Shown: positions 12,031-21,994 of the stretch, piece after piece | Layout of the letters: every line of letters begins with the position of its first letter | How positions within the stretch are numbered: position 1 is the stretch's first letter | Assembly (NCBI GenBank): GCA_947502305.1 | Contig: CANMZA010000002.1 | Span: 275,041-339,040, forward strand | Direction: 5' to 3' | Origin: an uncultured Erythrobacter sp. | GTDB taxonomy: Bacteria; Pseudomonadota; Alphaproteobacteria; Sphingomonadales; Sphingomonadaceae | DNA length: 64,000 nt | Notes under the pieces: generated by a model | Databases searched by the model: none | What the model saw: only the letters and a program-made list of their open reading frames with translations | What the model was told of the DNA's origin: nothing | Translations under genes and position numbers: made by a program

Positions 12031-12669
12031 TTAAGACGTGACGCGGATCGTGTTGACCCCGCGCGCAGATCCGCCCGTTTCGCCCGAAAGTCCGATGAAA
12101 ATCGTATCGACAATCTGCGCCAGTTTTTCCTCCGTCAGCTTATCACCGAGATAGATCAGCGCGTCCGGCAATGTGTAATTGCCCACCATTTGATTGATCA
12201 GCGACAAAGTCTCATCAATTTCCAGACCGGCGAAATACCCATCCGCCTGCGCATGAACGATCACTTCGCACAGATAATGATCCGCCAAATCGACATAGGA
12301 CCGCACGCGTTCAAAATTCGCCGCCCCCATTTCGCAGATCGTGGTGAAATATTCCGGATCATCGCGGAAACGGTCACGCGAAATCACAAACCGGCGGCGG
12401 AAAAATTCGTACATCTTGCGGTTCGAAGGCAAATCCGCATTCAGCGCATCCTCCATCACCGTCATATGCGGGGCAAGCCAAGTTTGAGCGATCGCATCAA
12501 ACATGTCGTCATAATCTTCGAAGATTTGTTCAAACCGGGTGCGCGACAATCCGCTTTCGGTTTGGGCGGCGGCAAAGGATATCTCTGTCCCGCGCGTTTT
12601 CACCAAATCGAGCACAAGGTTCGCGATACGCTTTCGTTCCGCGGCTCTCGTTTCTTCGCTCAAGGCCAT
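12031..12669 (-). CDS. TetR/AcrR-family transcriptional regulator
   Basis: 212 aa. N-terminal helix-turn-helix region (RIANLVLDLVKTRGTEISFAAAQTESGLSRTRFEQIF), then an all-helical C-terminal domain. Confidence 0.72.
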   Translation of the reverse strand: MALSEETRAAERKRIANLVLDLVKTRGTEISFAAAQTESGLSRTRFEQIFEDYDDMFDAIAQTWLAPHMTVMEDALNADLPSNRKMYEFFRRRFVISRDRFRDDPEYFTTICEMGAANFERVRSYVDLADHYLCEVIVHAQADGYFAGLEIDETLSLINQMVGNYTLPDALIYLGDKLTEEKLAQIVDTIFIGLSGETGGSARGVNTIRVTS

Positions 12670-12781
12670 GATCTGACTGCCCTCCTAATCCCCGCATAGA
12701 TAGGGTCCGGTTGGGCCAGCTTAAAGATACATTTGGGAAATTTTTATGCGAGTGCGCGGCGCATAAATGCACCGCTTCGCA

Positions 12782-13411
12782 TCAGATGTCGTTCTTGCCT
12801 TCGATGATCCCGCGCGCTTGCGCCTCCAGCACTTTATACCGGTCGAGGTCGGGGATTTTCGACCGGAACCATTCGGCGATCTTGAGCAAGTCTTCGCCGT
12901 AATTGCCCGATGGGATCATCGGCGGGGAAAAGCCGATGGTTTTTTTGGCATTGTCAGCAAAGGCCAAAACAATCGGCACCCCTGCCGCTTGGGCAATATT
13001 GTAGAAACCTGATCGCCATTTGCCGTCCGATTTGCGTGTGCCTTCGCAGGCCATCACCAATGCCAGTTCCTCGCGGCTCGCATATTCGGCGGCGACCTGT
13101 TCGACGGCGTTCGCTTTCTTGGTTTTGTCGACCGGAATGCCGCCCATATCGAGCATGAAATTGCGCATGATCCCCTGAAACAATGTGTGTTTGCCCATGA
13201 AATTGGGCTGCACATTCTCATCATGCGTCGCGCCTGCAAAGAACACGAAATCCCAATTTGACGTATGCGGCGCACCGGCGATGATGTATTTCTTGATATC
13301 CTTGGGCAGCGGGCTGACCACTTTCCACCCGTTGAAACGGTAGATCACCAAAATGATCCGCCGGACAATACGTGACAGCAGGCTGACCTTGCGAGTTTCG
13401 TTATGCAGCAA
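12782..13411 (-). CDS. 1-acyl-sn-glycerol-3-phosphate acyltransferase-like (PlsC family)
   Basis: 209 aa. HX4D acyltransferase motif (HTSNWD). Downstream EGTR motif (ACEGTRKSDGKW). Confidence 0.75.
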   Translation of the reverse strand: MLHNETRKVSLLSRIVRRIILVIYRFNGWKVVSPLPKDIKKYIIAGAPHTSNWDFVFFAGATHDENVQPNFMGKHTLFQGIMRNFMLDMGGIPVDKTKKANAVEQVAAEYASREELALVMACEGTRKSDGKWRSGFYNIAQAAGVPIVLAFADNAKKTIGFSPPMIPSGNYGEDLLKIAEWFRSKIPDLDRYKVLEAQARGIIEGKNDI

Positions 13412-13546
13412 TGTTTTGTCTCTCCCCAGAGCGCGCTTCCCGTTTGGTAGAGCCTAGCAGTTACGTCAGATAATGCGATGCCATCGCCGCTAGAGCGTCC
13501 AATAAGTGTCGTTCCCACTGGCCAGAGTTTTCCTCAATCGCCATCA

Positions 13547-15154
13547 TCACATCCTAAACACGCCAAAGCTGGGCCGATCCGCAATCGGAGCCTCTAGCGT
13601 CGCCGCAAACGCCAATCCCAGCACATCACGCGTCTGCACCGGGTCGATCACCCCGTCATCCCATAGGCGCGCGGTGGCATAATAGGGGTTGCCTTCGTCT
13701 TCGTATTTCTGGCGGATCGGGGCTTTGAATTCCTCGGCCTCTTCGTCTGTCCATTTATCCGCATCTCGGTGGACGGTCGCCAGAACGCTGGCGGCTTGTT
13801 CGCCGCCCATCACAGAAATGCGGGCATTGGGCCATGTGAACAAGAAACGCGGCGAATAGGCGCGACCCGCCATGCCGTAATTGCCCGCTCCGAACGATCC
13901 GCCGATGACGACGGTGATCTTGGGCACGCTGGCGGTGGCGACGGCCGTCACCAGCTTCGCGCCATGTTTGGCGATGCCTTCTGCTTCATATTTGCCGCCA
14001 ACCATAAAGCCGCTGATGTTTTGCAAGAACAATAGCGGGATACGCCGCTGACAGGCGAGTTCAATGAAATGCGCGCCCTTTTGCGCGCTTTCAGAAAACA
14101 GCACGCCATTATTCGCCAAAATCGCGACCGGCATGCCCCAAATATGCGCAAATCCGCAGACCAGAGTGCTGCCATATTGCGCCTTAAATTCGTGAAACTC
14201 ACTGCCATCGACCAGCCGCGCAATCACTTCTTTCACATCATACGGCGCGCGGACATCGTCAGGAATGATCGAATAAAGATCATCGGCGTCGAATTTGGGC
14301 GGACGCGGGTCTTTCAGAGCGATGTCTGTCGCCGCCCCGGTGTTTGCGCCCAGATGGCTGACAATATCGCGCACAATCGTCAGAGCATGTTCGTCATTCT
14401 CCGCCAAATGATCGACCACGCCCGATTTCTTGGCGTGCAAATCGCCGCCGCCAAGGTCTTCGGCGGTGATTTCCTCGCCTGTCGCGGCTTTCACCAAAGG
14501 CGGGCCGGCGAGGAAGATCGTGCCTTGATTGCGCACGATCACAGTCTCGTCGCTCATCGCAGGGACATAGGCCCCGCCCGCCGTGCAGCTGCCCATGACG
14601 CAAGCAATCTGCGGGATGCCCAGCGCGGACATGTTCGCTTGGTTGAAGAAGATGCGGCCGAAATGATCACGGTCGGGAAAGACCTCGGCCTGATGCGGTA
14701 GGTTCGCTCCGCCGCTATCGACCAGATAGATGCAAGGAAGCCGGTTTTCCTGCGCGATCTCTTGCGCGCGCAGGTGTTTTTTGACCGTCACCGGATAATA
14801 GGTGCCGCCCTTAACCGTGGCATCGTTGCACACAATCATCACTTGGCGGCCCGATACGCGCCCGATCCCGCAGATCAGCGACGCGCCATTGATGTCGCCT
14901 TCATACATCCCGTTCGCAGCCAACTGCCCCACTTCGAGAAAAGGGGAGCCGGGATCGAGCAACCGCTCCACGCGCTCACGAGGAAGCAGTTTCCCGCGCG
15001 ACACATGCCGTTCGCGCGATCGTTCCGGCCCGCCCAGGGCGGCTTTGGACACGGTCGCCCGCAAGTCTTGGGCAAGCGCGGTGTTGTGCGCAAAGCTGGC
15101 TTTGGCCGCCGGGCTTTCGCGGTCCAGTTTCGTGGTGAGAACAGGTGCTGTCAT
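13547..15154 (-). CDS. methylcrotonoyl-CoA carboxylase beta (carboxyltransferase) subunit
   Basis: The track ORF extends to 15196. I use the ATG at 15154 (MTAPVLTTK...), giving 535 aa, the usual size. It has a duplicated crotonase-like carboxyltransferase fold (GGARMQ-like region, [22 protein letters not shown]). Genomic context is with ivd. Confidence 0.9.
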   Translation of the reverse strand: MTAPVLTTKLDRESPAAKASFAHNTALAQDLRATVSKAALGGPERSRERHVSRGKLLPRERVERLLDPGSPFLEVGQLAANGMYEGDINGASLICGIGRVSGRQVMIVCNDATVKGGTYYPVTVKKHLRAQEIAQENRLPCIYLVDSGGANLPHQAEVFPDRDHFGRIFFNQANMSALGIPQIACVMGSCTAGGAYVPAMSDETVIVRNQGTIFLAGPPLVKAATGEEITAEDLGGGDLHAKKSGVVDHLAENDEHALTIVRDIVSHLGANTGAATDIALKDPRPPKFDADDLYSIIPDDVRAPYDVKEVIARLVDGSEFHEFKAQYGSTLVCGFAHIWGMPVAILANNGVLFSESAQKGAHFIELACQRRIPLLFLQNISGFMVGGKYEAEGIAKHGAKLVTAVATASVPKITVVIGGSFGAGNYGMAGRAYSPRFLFTWPNARISVMGGEQAASVLATVHRDADKWTDEEAEEFKAPIRQKYEDEGNPYYATARLWDDGVIDPVQTRDVLGLAFAATLEAPIADRPSFGVFRM

Positions 15155-15162
15155 AACGCCTC

Positions 15163-15528
15163 TTATAATGCGGTGTTGCCACGCCAATGCGCCCATGCGG
15201 CGAAAAATACAAACGCGGCAAAGGCGCTTTGCAACGCCAGACTGAAGTAAAAATCATCATAGCCCGCGACAAACGCAGTGTAGCTGTTCACGAGCACGTT
15301 GGACCCCATGATCCCCACGCCCAGAAGGACGCCCCAACGCTCCCACAGCCAGATCAAACATGCGGCCAAAGGGTCAAGAAACGTCAGGCTGGTCCAATAA
15401 ATATTGAACCCGATTGGCATGAAGTCATAGGGGAGCCAGCCGCCATAAAACAGGTCGAGCGTGTGCGTTATTGTTCCGATCAAAAACCCTGCGGTCCAGA
15501 TGATTTTGGAAATGGTGGGCATGGCCAA
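15163..15528 (-). CDS. small integral membrane protein (about 4 TM), unknown function
   Basis: 121 aa with four hydrophobic segments. Tightly packed between the upstream membrane-protein gene (3-nt gap) and mccB (8-nt gap). Confidence 0.55.
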   Translation of the reverse strand: MAMPTISKIIWTAGFLIGTITHTLDLFYGGWLPYDFMPIGFNIYWTSLTFLDPLAACLIWLWERWGVLLGVGIMGSNVLVNSYTAFVAGYDDFYFSLALQSAFAAFVFFAAWAHWRGNTAL

Positions 15529-15531
15529 CGC

Positions 15532-15894
15532 CTATCGTGTTGCGCCGAAAATCGCCAAAGCCCCAGCAATTCCCATCGGCACCCAACCAGGATGAGCGAA
15601 TTTTGAAGTGATGATGTCAGCTGCGCCCAGACCAACCCAGAATACGCCGATCACAATGACCAACATTCGCGGCGTATCAGGCCAAATGATCGTCACCGCG
15701 CTAAGCACCATAAACGCAGAAAGCGCGTGCCACAGATACCGTAGCAGCGTCGGAGCGATTGCCATATCGGGGTGAGGGTTTCCGCCTGCCAGCATCGGGC
15801 CAAGCACCGAATTTGCCCCGCCGGTTGAATGCAAGATGGCGGTTATCACCATCACGGCGCCAGAGAGCCAGAGCCAGATTGATGCGCCCATCAT
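15532..15894 (-). CDS. small integral membrane protein (about 4 TM), unknown function
   Basis: 120 aa with four hydrophobic segments. Its ATG overlaps the stop of the DUF1330 gene (ATGA, 15891-15894). Confidence 0.55.
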   Translation of the reverse strand: MMGASIWLWLSGAVMVITAILHSTGGANSVLGPMLAGGNPHPDMAIAPTLLRYLWHALSAFMVLSAVTIIWPDTPRMLVIVIGVFWVGLGAADIITSKFAHPGWVPMGIAGALAIFGATR

Positions 15895-16199
15895 AGGCCT
15901 ATGCTGGTCTCTTCCAAACCCTTCACGATGATCGCCTCAGACGTGCTGCCCGCATCGCGGAATTTGCCGATCTCTTGATATTCAGGCGACGTCAGCCAAG
16001 CGAACAATTTGGGTTTGTCCGGGAATTCCATCAGGACCGAACGCGTCGCGGTCCATTTGCCGCTGAGGTCCTGCGGCTCTTCGTCCACGCTCAGTATCTT
16101 GCCCTCGAACTTGTCGAAGATGTCCATGAAGCGCTCTTCATATTTGTCATACTCGGCGCGGTCGTGGATGGTCATGCGGCTGATCATGTAAACGGGCAT
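15891..16199 (-). CDS. DUF1330 domain protein
   Basis: 102 aa. The [24 protein letters not shown] ... SPEYQEI pattern is typical of DUF1330 (dimeric alpha-beta barrel-like). The start overlaps the ivd stop by 1 nt (TGATG). Confidence 0.78.
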   Translation of the reverse strand: MPVYMISRMTIHDRAEYDKYEERFMDIFDKFEGKILSVDEEPQDLSGKWTATRSVLMEFPDKPKLFAWLTSPEYQEIGKFRDAGSTSEAIIVKGLEETSIGL

Positions 16200-17410
16200 C
16201 AGTTCGCCCCGATCAGTTCGCGCCCGATCAGCATCCGGCGGATCTCATTCGTGCCCGCGCCAATATCGAGCAGTTTTGCATCGCGCATATAGCGCTCAAC
16301 CGGCCAATCGAGCGTGTAGCCCGCTCCGCCCAGCGCCTGAATGCTTTCGGCAGCGACGCGGAATGCATTCTCACTCGAAAGCAGGATAACGCCCGCCGCA
16401 TCGAAGCGCGTCGTCTGACCCGCATCGCAAGCCTTCGCCACCGCATAAGTGTAGGCCCGCGCGGATTGTAGCGCGACATACATGTCGGCGACTTTACCCT
16501 GCATCAATTGAAAGCTGCCGATCGGTTTGCCGAATTGATGCCGCTCGCGAAGATAGGGAATAACGGTATCGAGGCAGGCTTGCATAATGCCCAATTGAAT
16601 GCCCGAAAGCACGACGCGCTCATAATCCAGACCGCTCATCAAGACGCCGACGCCGCCGTTTAACGGGCCCATGACGCGGTCTTCGGGGATGTGGCAATCG
16701 TCAAACACCAGCTCTGCCGTGGGTGAGCCTTTCATGCCGACTTTCTCGATTTTTTGGCCGATGGAGAAACCCGCATCACCTTTTTCAATCAAGAACGCGG
16801 TGATCCCGCGGCTGCCGGCATGGCCATCGGTTTTGGCATAGACAACCAAAGTGTCGGCCTCTGGCGCATTGGTGATCCAAAACTTGGTGCCATTGAGGAT
16901 ATATCCGCCCCCTTTGCTTTCGGGAACCGCCTCGGCCTTGAGCTTCATCGAAACCACGTCCGACCCCGCCGATGCCTCGCTCATCGCCAGCGATCCGACA
17001 TGTTCGCCAGAGATCAGGCCGGGCAAATATTTCGCGCGTTGTTCATCATTGCCCCAGCGGCGGATCTGATTGATGCACAGGTTGGAATGCGCACCGTAAG
17101 ACAGGCCCAGCGAAGCGCTCGCCCGGCTGACTTCTTCGACAGCGATCACATGTTCCAGATAGCCCAGGCCCAGCCCGCCATCTTCTTCATCCACAGTGAT
17201 ACCGTGCAGGCCCAATTCGCCCATCGGCGCCCACAATTCACGCGGGAACCAATCATCACGGTCAATCTTTGCCGCGAGCGGCATAATCTGTTCGTCAGCA
17301 AAGCGGCCAACGCTATCACGGATCATCTCGGCGCTTTCGCCAAGTTGGAAATCAAAGTCTGGGGTCGCGCGCATGGGTGATCTAACCTTGTCAAATGAGA
17401 ATGGGCTCAT
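16199..17410 (-). CDS. ivd: isovaleryl-CoA dehydrogenase
   Basis: Acyl-CoA dehydrogenase fold ending ...[20 protein letters not shown]. The track ORF (470 aa, to 17611) is over-extended. Likely starts are ATG 17410 (AAGGA upstream, 403 aa) or ATG 17374 (391 aa). Confidence 0.9.
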   Translation of the reverse strand: MSPFSFDKVRSPMRATPDFDFQLGESAEMIRDSVGRFADEQIMPLAAKIDRDDWFPRELWAPMGELGLHGITVDEEDGGLGLGYLEHVIAVEEVSRASASLGLSYGAHSNLCINQIRRWGNDEQRAKYLPGLISGEHVGSLAMSEASAGSDVVSMKLKAEAVPESKGGGYILNGTKFWITNAPEADTLVVYAKTDGHAGSRGITAFLIEKGDAGFSIGQKIEKVGMKGSPTAELVFDDCHIPEDRVMGPLNGGVGVLMSGLDYERVVLSGIQLGIMQACLDTVIPYLRERHQFGKPIGSFQLMQGKVADMYVALQSARAYTYAVAKACDAGQTTRFDAAGVILLSSENAFRVAAESIQALGGAGYTLDWPVERYMRDAKLLDIGAGTNEIRRMLIGRELIGAN

Positions 17411-17449
17411 ATCAGGGTGATCCTTATGCGCAAACATATGAGCGCACAC

Positions 17450-17488
17450 TTTGACTTGCAAAGCCGCAAGAATATCGGCCAAGTCAAA
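17450..17488. promoter_or_regulatory. 9-bp inverted repeat TTTGACTTG-N21-CAAGTCAAA in the ivd / HWE-kinase divergent intergenic region
   Basis: Read directly from the sequence. A nested CTTGC-N6-GCAAG lies inside it. It sits 40-75 nt upstream of the ivd start candidates. Candidate operator; the regulator is unknown. Confidence 0.3.
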
Positions 17489-17515
17489 TGACGATAAAAA
17501 TGGGCTAGGGGAGGC

Positions 17516-19042
17516 TTGATGGAAGATTTGAAACGATCGTTTGATCAAACCCCGTGGCCATTCGATCTGCCATCTGCACCCGAATATGCTGATGAAACGC
17601 GCCGGATCCAAACGCTGAACCGGCTCAATCTGGATGCGCTAAGGGACGATCCTGAACTTGATGCGATTGCCAAATTTGCCGCGAAACTGTGCGATGCGCC
17701 AACGGCCTTGATCAACATTATCCGCGAAGATGAGCAGGATTTTCTGGCCAAGGTCGGCGAACCGGCCCGCACAGTGCCGCCGCAAGAAAGCATCTGCGCC
17801 TTGGCGATGGTCAATGATGGCTGGCTGATTATTCCCGACACGCTTGCCGATCCCGCAGTGAAAGATTTGGGCGTCGTCCAAAAATCACCGAATGCGCGGT
17901 TCTATGCGGGCTTGCCGCTCGTCTCCGAAGAAGGCGCTCCGCTTGGCGCGCTGTGCATTCTCGACACAAAACCAAGACCAGAGGGTTTGACCGAGTTGCA
18001 GCGGCAAGGGCTCGAAGTGCTCACATCCTCGATCAAGCGCCGGTTTTCTGCGCATCGCGAAACGCTGAGCGCGGTTGCGGAAAGCCGGGACAATGCGCAG
18101 CGCTTGCAATTCATGCTCGACAGCGTTCCCGATATTGCATGGTCAGCAGCGCCCGGCCCAGAATTTGATTACTTCAATGCGCGGTTTACCGAAGTCACCG
18201 GATTGCCCGCGCGGCGCAGCGTTGATGATTGGCGCGAAGTGATCCACCCGGATGATTTTGACGCTTCCTTGATCAAGCTGGAGCGGGCGATGAGCACCGC
18301 CAGCCTGTTTGATGATGAATGGCGTTTGCGGCAGGCGGATGGTTCTTATCGCTGGATCCTGTCCCGCGCCGTCCCGTCAAGCGATGACCCTGAAACCGCG
18401 CGCTGGTTTGGCACGATCACCGATATTCATGACCGTCACCTGCTTTCGCAAGAACGCCAGATGTTGGCGGGCGAATTGGCGCACCGGATCAAAAATATTT
18501 TTTCGGTTATCAATGGATTGGTCGTCCTGCATGCGCGTGGTCAGCCGGAGCTTAAACTGTTCGCTGACACGCTTGGCAATCATATCCGGGCCTTGTCCAG
18601 GGCGCAGGAATTTGCCCTCAGGATTGATGCAAAGAGCGAAGAAAAATTGAAAGGCCTGCTGGAGGTGCTGCTCGCCCCTTATGGCGTTCCCGGTCACAGC
18701 GCGGTTGCCATTTCGGGCGTGGATGTGGCGATTGGAGCGCGTGCGACTACGCCGCTGGCGCTGGTCTTTCATGAACTGGCGACGAATTCTGCGAAATATG
18801 GCGCGCTGAGCGTGGCCGCAGGAACAGTGACGATCAACACCGCGCATCAGGGGGACAATGTGCAAATCCTGTGGCGCGAAAATGGCGGGCCAGCGGCGCA
18901 GCCTCCACAAGAAACGGGCTTTGGGTCACGGTTGGTAAAGATGGCGATTGAACATCAGCTTGGCGGGACGATCACACAAGATTGGCGAGCCGAAGGGCTG
19001 GTCGCCGATATTTCGATTCCCTCCGCGCGGCTGGCGGTTTGA
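17516..19042 (+). CDS. GAF-PAS sensor histidine kinase of the HWE family
   Basis: 508 aa. N-terminal GAF-like region. PAS-like region ([21 protein letters not shown]...[14 protein letters not shown]). HWE/HisKA_2 H-box [11 protein letters not shown]-box [11 protein letters not shown]. No adjacent response regulator. Confidence 0.85.
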   Translation: MMEDLKRSFDQTPWPFDLPSAPEYADETRRIQTLNRLNLDALRDDPELDAIAKFAAKLCDAPTALINIIREDEQDFLAKVGEPARTVPPQESICALAMVNDGWLIIPDTLADPAVKDLGVVQKSPNARFYAGLPLVSEEGAPLGALCILDTKPRPEGLTELQRQGLEVLTSSIKRRFSAHRETLSAVAESRDNAQRLQFMLDSVPDIAWSAAPGPEFDYFNARFTEVTGLPARRSVDDWREVIHPDDFDASLIKLERAMSTASLFDDEWRLRQADGSYRWILSRAVPSSDDPETARWFGTITDIHDRHLLSQERQMLAGELAHRIKNIFSVINGLVVLHARGQPELKLFADTLGNHIRALSRAQEFALRIDAKSEEKLKGLLEVLLAPYGVPGHSAVAISGVDVAIGARATTPLALVFHELATNSAKYGALSVAAGTVTINTAHQGDNVQILWRENGGPAAQPPQETGFGSRLVKMAIEHQLGGTITQDWRAEGLVADISIPSARLAV

Positions 19043-19057
19043 CACGCATTTGGCCGG

Positions 19058-19954
19058 GTGAGCATTGCGCGCAGGTTGGGCTTGGCGCGCGGGCGTTTGG
19101 TCCCTAGGCTTTATCGCGGAGGGGCCGGTCCAATCACAACATCATCTACACAATCTTCACAAACCCAAACATCGCCTGCGATCCTGACCTTTGACGCGGC
19201 GGAGCGGCGTTATGGCGAAACGGTCGCGGTTGGCGGCGTCACTTGCGCCGTAGAGGTAGGCAGTTTTGTTGCCTTGGTTGGGTCTTCGGGATCTGGCAAA
19301 TCGACGCTGCTGAAAATGGTCAACACTTTGGTCACGCCTACCGGCGGACGGGTGCTGTTTGGCGGAGAAGATGTCACGTCGCTCAAACCGTCCACATTGC
19401 GCCGCCGGGTTGGTTATGTGTTTCAGGGTATCGGCCTGTTCCCCCATTTCTCCGTCGGAGAAAATATCGCCATTGGACCGCGTTTGGCGGGTGAGAAGCT
19501 GTCGGCGGAGCGGGTTCAAGAGCTGCTGGAGCTGGTGGAGTTGGAGCCCGAAATGGCCAGCCGAATGCCAGACGAATTGTCCGGCGGGCAGCGTCAGCGG
19601 GTCGGCGTGGCGCGCGCTTTGGCAGGCGATCCCGAATTGCTGATTATGGATGAGCCCTTTGGTGCGCTTGACCCAATCACACGCGATGCTTTGGGCGAAA
19701 AAGTGCGCGAATTGCATGAGAAATTGGGCCTCACAACGATCATGGTCACGCATGACATGGCGGAGGCTTTGCTGCTGGCGGACCGTGTGTTGGTGATGTC
19801 ATTTGGGCAATTGGTGGCGGATCACACGCCGCGCGAATTGCTGGCCGGGGCTGGCGGAGAGATCGCGCAAGGCTTGGTCGCGGTGCCCCGGCAACAAGCG
19901 GAACGGCTCGCCCTGATGGAGCGTCCTGATCCCGCCAAGGGACCAGCAGCATGA
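19058..19954 (+). CDS. ABC transporter ATP-binding protein (osmoprotectant/glycine-betaine type)
   Basis: Walker A GSSGSGKST, signature LSGGQRQR, Walker B LLIMDEPF. The true start is uncertain: the GTG at 19058 has no clear SD, and the first 45 or so residues are low complexity. Confidence 0.88.
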   Translation: MSIARRLGLARGRLVPRLYRGGAGPITTSSTQSSQTQTSPAILTFDAAERRYGETVAVGGVTCAVEVGSFVALVGSSGSGKSTLLKMVNTLVTPTGGRVLFGGEDVTSLKPSTLRRRVGYVFQGIGLFPHFSVGENIAIGPRLAGEKLSAERVQELLELVELEPEMASRMPDELSGGQRQRVGVARALAGDPELLIMDEPFGALDPITRDALGEKVRELHEKLGLTTIMVTHDMAEALLLADRVLVMSFGQLVADHTPRELLAGAGGEIAQGLVAVPRQQAERLALMERPDPAKGPAA

Positions 19955-21489
19955 GCGAGATTTGGACAATTCTGCTGGGCCTTGGTGACAAATTCGCCGC
20001 GCATATTGTGCTGGCGGCCAGTGCCATTGGCTTGGGTCTTTTGGTGGCTTTGCCGCTCGCGGTTTGGGCCAGCCGCTCGCCTACTGTTGCGCGGATCGCT
20101 TTGGGCATTGCCAGCTTGGTACAGACCATCCCCGCTTTGGCTTTATTGGCGCTGTTTTTCCCGATCCTATTATCCCTGCGCGCGGTGTTTGGTGAAGATT
20201 TGCCGACACTGGGGTTTTTGCCCGCATTGCTGGCGCTCGCGCTGTATGCCTTGCTTCCGATCCTGCGCAATGCGGTGACGGCGCAGGCCAATCTTGACCC
20301 CGGCGTGCTGGAGGCAGCGGACGGTGTCGGCATGACCTCTTGGCAGAAATTAACATTGGTCGAGGCGCCTTTATCTGCGCCATTTGTGATGGCCGGTATC
20401 CGAACCGCAAGCGTGTGGACCATTGGCGCGGCGACGCTGGCCACCACTATTGGCCAACCCAGCCTAGGCGATCCGATTTTTGCCGGTTTGCAAACGCAAA
20501 ACTGGGCCTTGGTCGTGGCGGGCTGCATTGCGAGCGCAGGGCTGGCCTTGGTGGTGGATGCATTGCTCGGCATCGTTGAAAATGGCTTCGCACGGCGCAA
20601 TCGCTGGCAATATGGCGCCGGGATCGCGGCGGTGGCGCTGGGGCTGGCCGGGGCGTTGATCTATCAATCGGGCGGCGATGATGATGACACGATCATCATC
20701 GCGTCAAAGCAGTTTTCTGAGCAATATATCCTCGCGCAATTGATCGGATCGCGGCTGGAGGCGGCGGGTTATTCCGTCGAATATCGTGACGGGTTGGGAT
20801 CGGCGGTGGTGCACAGCGCGGTCGCCTCTTCCAGCATCGACATATCCGTGGATTACACCGGCACGATCTGGACCAACGAGCTGGAGCGCAGTGATAATCC
20901 CGGACGCGAGGTCATGTATGACACCATCGTCCAATGGGAAAATGACAATACCGGCGTGCGCGTGCTGGGTCGGTTGGGGTTTGAAAACGCCTATGCCTTT
21001 GCCATGCGAGAGGACCGCGCGGCGCAATTGGGGGTAAGCTCGCTCGAAGAATTGGTCCCGTACGGACCGAGCCTAACCGTCGGCGGTGATCCCGAATTTT
21101 TTGAACGGCCCGAATGGATCGCAGTCCGCGATGCTTACGGAATGCGGTTTGGCGAAACGCGCAATTTTTCGCCGACCTTCATGTACAATGCGCTGCGTTC
21201 AGGAGAAGCCGATGTGATCAGCGCCTACACCTCTGACGGACGCATAGCGGCGGACAGGCTGGTCGTGCTCGATGATCCGCGCGGCGCGCTGCCCAGCTAT
21301 GACGCGATGCTGATGATGTCGCCCCGGATCGCTCAGGATGAAGAGATCGCCAGCGTTTTACAGCCGCTGATTGGTGCGATTCCGGTTGAGGCCATGCGAG
21401 AGGCCAATTTCGCCGTGGACCGGGAAGGTGAGGGGAAACTTAGCCCCAAGGACGCTGCGGCGCAGCTAGCCGAGACGATCGGTTTTTGA
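19951..21489 (+). CDS. ABC transporter fused permease / substrate-binding protein (osmoprotectant type)
   Basis: 512 aa. The N-terminal half is a binding-protein-dependent permease. The C-terminal half (IIIASKQFSEQYILAQL...) resembles OpuAC/OpuC-type glycine-betaine-binding domains. The ATG overlaps the upstream stop (ATGA). Confidence 0.88.
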   Translation: MSEIWTILLGLGDKFAAHIVLAASAIGLGLLVALPLAVWASRSPTVARIALGIASLVQTIPALALLALFFPILLSLRAVFGEDLPTLGFLPALLALALYALLPILRNAVTAQANLDPGVLEAADGVGMTSWQKLTLVEAPLSAPFVMAGIRTASVWTIGAATLATTIGQPSLGDPIFAGLQTQNWALVVAGCIASAGLALVVDALLGIVENGFARRNRWQYGAGIAAVALGLAGALIYQSGGDDDDTIIIASKQFSEQYILAQLIGSRLEAAGYSVEYRDGLGSAVVHSAVASSSIDISVDYTGTIWTNELERSDNPGREVMYDTIVQWENDNTGVRVLGRLGFENAYAFAMREDRAAQLGVSSLEELVPYGPSLTVGGDPEFFERPEWIAVRDAYGMRFGETRNFSPTFMYNALRSGEADVISAYTSDGRIAADRLVVLDDPRGALPSYDAMLMMSPRIAQDEEIASVLQPLIGAIPVEAMREANFAVDREGEGKLSPKDAAAQLAETIGF

Positions 21490-21921
21490 TTACCGCGCGC
21501 GCCGCCAAGTTTGGGCCTGACAAAATGGCCCGATGCAGCCGCGCACTTCGATTGTATTCGCGCCTGTGCGGCGGATGACGGAGCGATAGGTCTTGCCGGT
21601 GTTGGGATCGTAAATTCGCCCGCGCCACAGATCATCTTCCTCGCGGAATTGCGTGAGTACGGGCAGGCCCAGCAATCTGCGGTTTTTCAGGCTGTCATCA
21701 GGATTGTAAATATCGCGCTGATCTTGGCCGTCTGGCGGTGTGATCAGAAATCTGACCAGCCGCCCGCATGTCGTGCTGCCGCATTGCTGTATTTCGACTA
21801 TGCCGTCGCGGTCTTCGGTGATCCAGCGGCCAGAAATGTCTTCTGCTGCCGCAGCGGGTGCCGCGAACAATCCTGCACCTGCCAGCATCGCTGCAAGGCC
21901 TAAAAACATCCGCGCAATCAT
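21490..21921 (-). CDS. DUF2147 domain secreted protein
   Basis: The track ORF is over-extended into the upstream gene. I start at ATG 21921 (GGGAGA 7 nt upstream). Signal peptide MIARMFLGLAAMLAGAGLFAAPAAA. The segments GRWITEDRDGIVEIQQCGSTTCGRL ... GRIYDPNTGKTY ... CIGPFCQAQTW are typical of DUF2147. Confidence 0.8.
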   Translation of the reverse strand: MIARMFLGLAAMLAGAGLFAAPAAAAEDISGRWITEDRDGIVEIQQCGSTTCGRLVRFLITPPDGQDQRDIYNPDDSLKNRRLLGLPVLTQFREEDDLWRGRIYDPNTGKTYRSVIRRTGANTIEVRGCIGPFCQAQTWRRAR

Positions 21922-21994
21922 CTCAATTCTCCCGAAATCTCGCATACTATACGCAAATTTTGCGGGGATTGTTACAGGCTTTGGGGCAAGTTCA

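Noticed and set aside
12001-12699. 232-aa plus-strand ORF overlapping the TetR-family gene.
   Set aside because: The minus-strand frame has a clear TetR helix-turn-helix N-terminus. The plus frame is Arg/Ile/His-rich without motifs.
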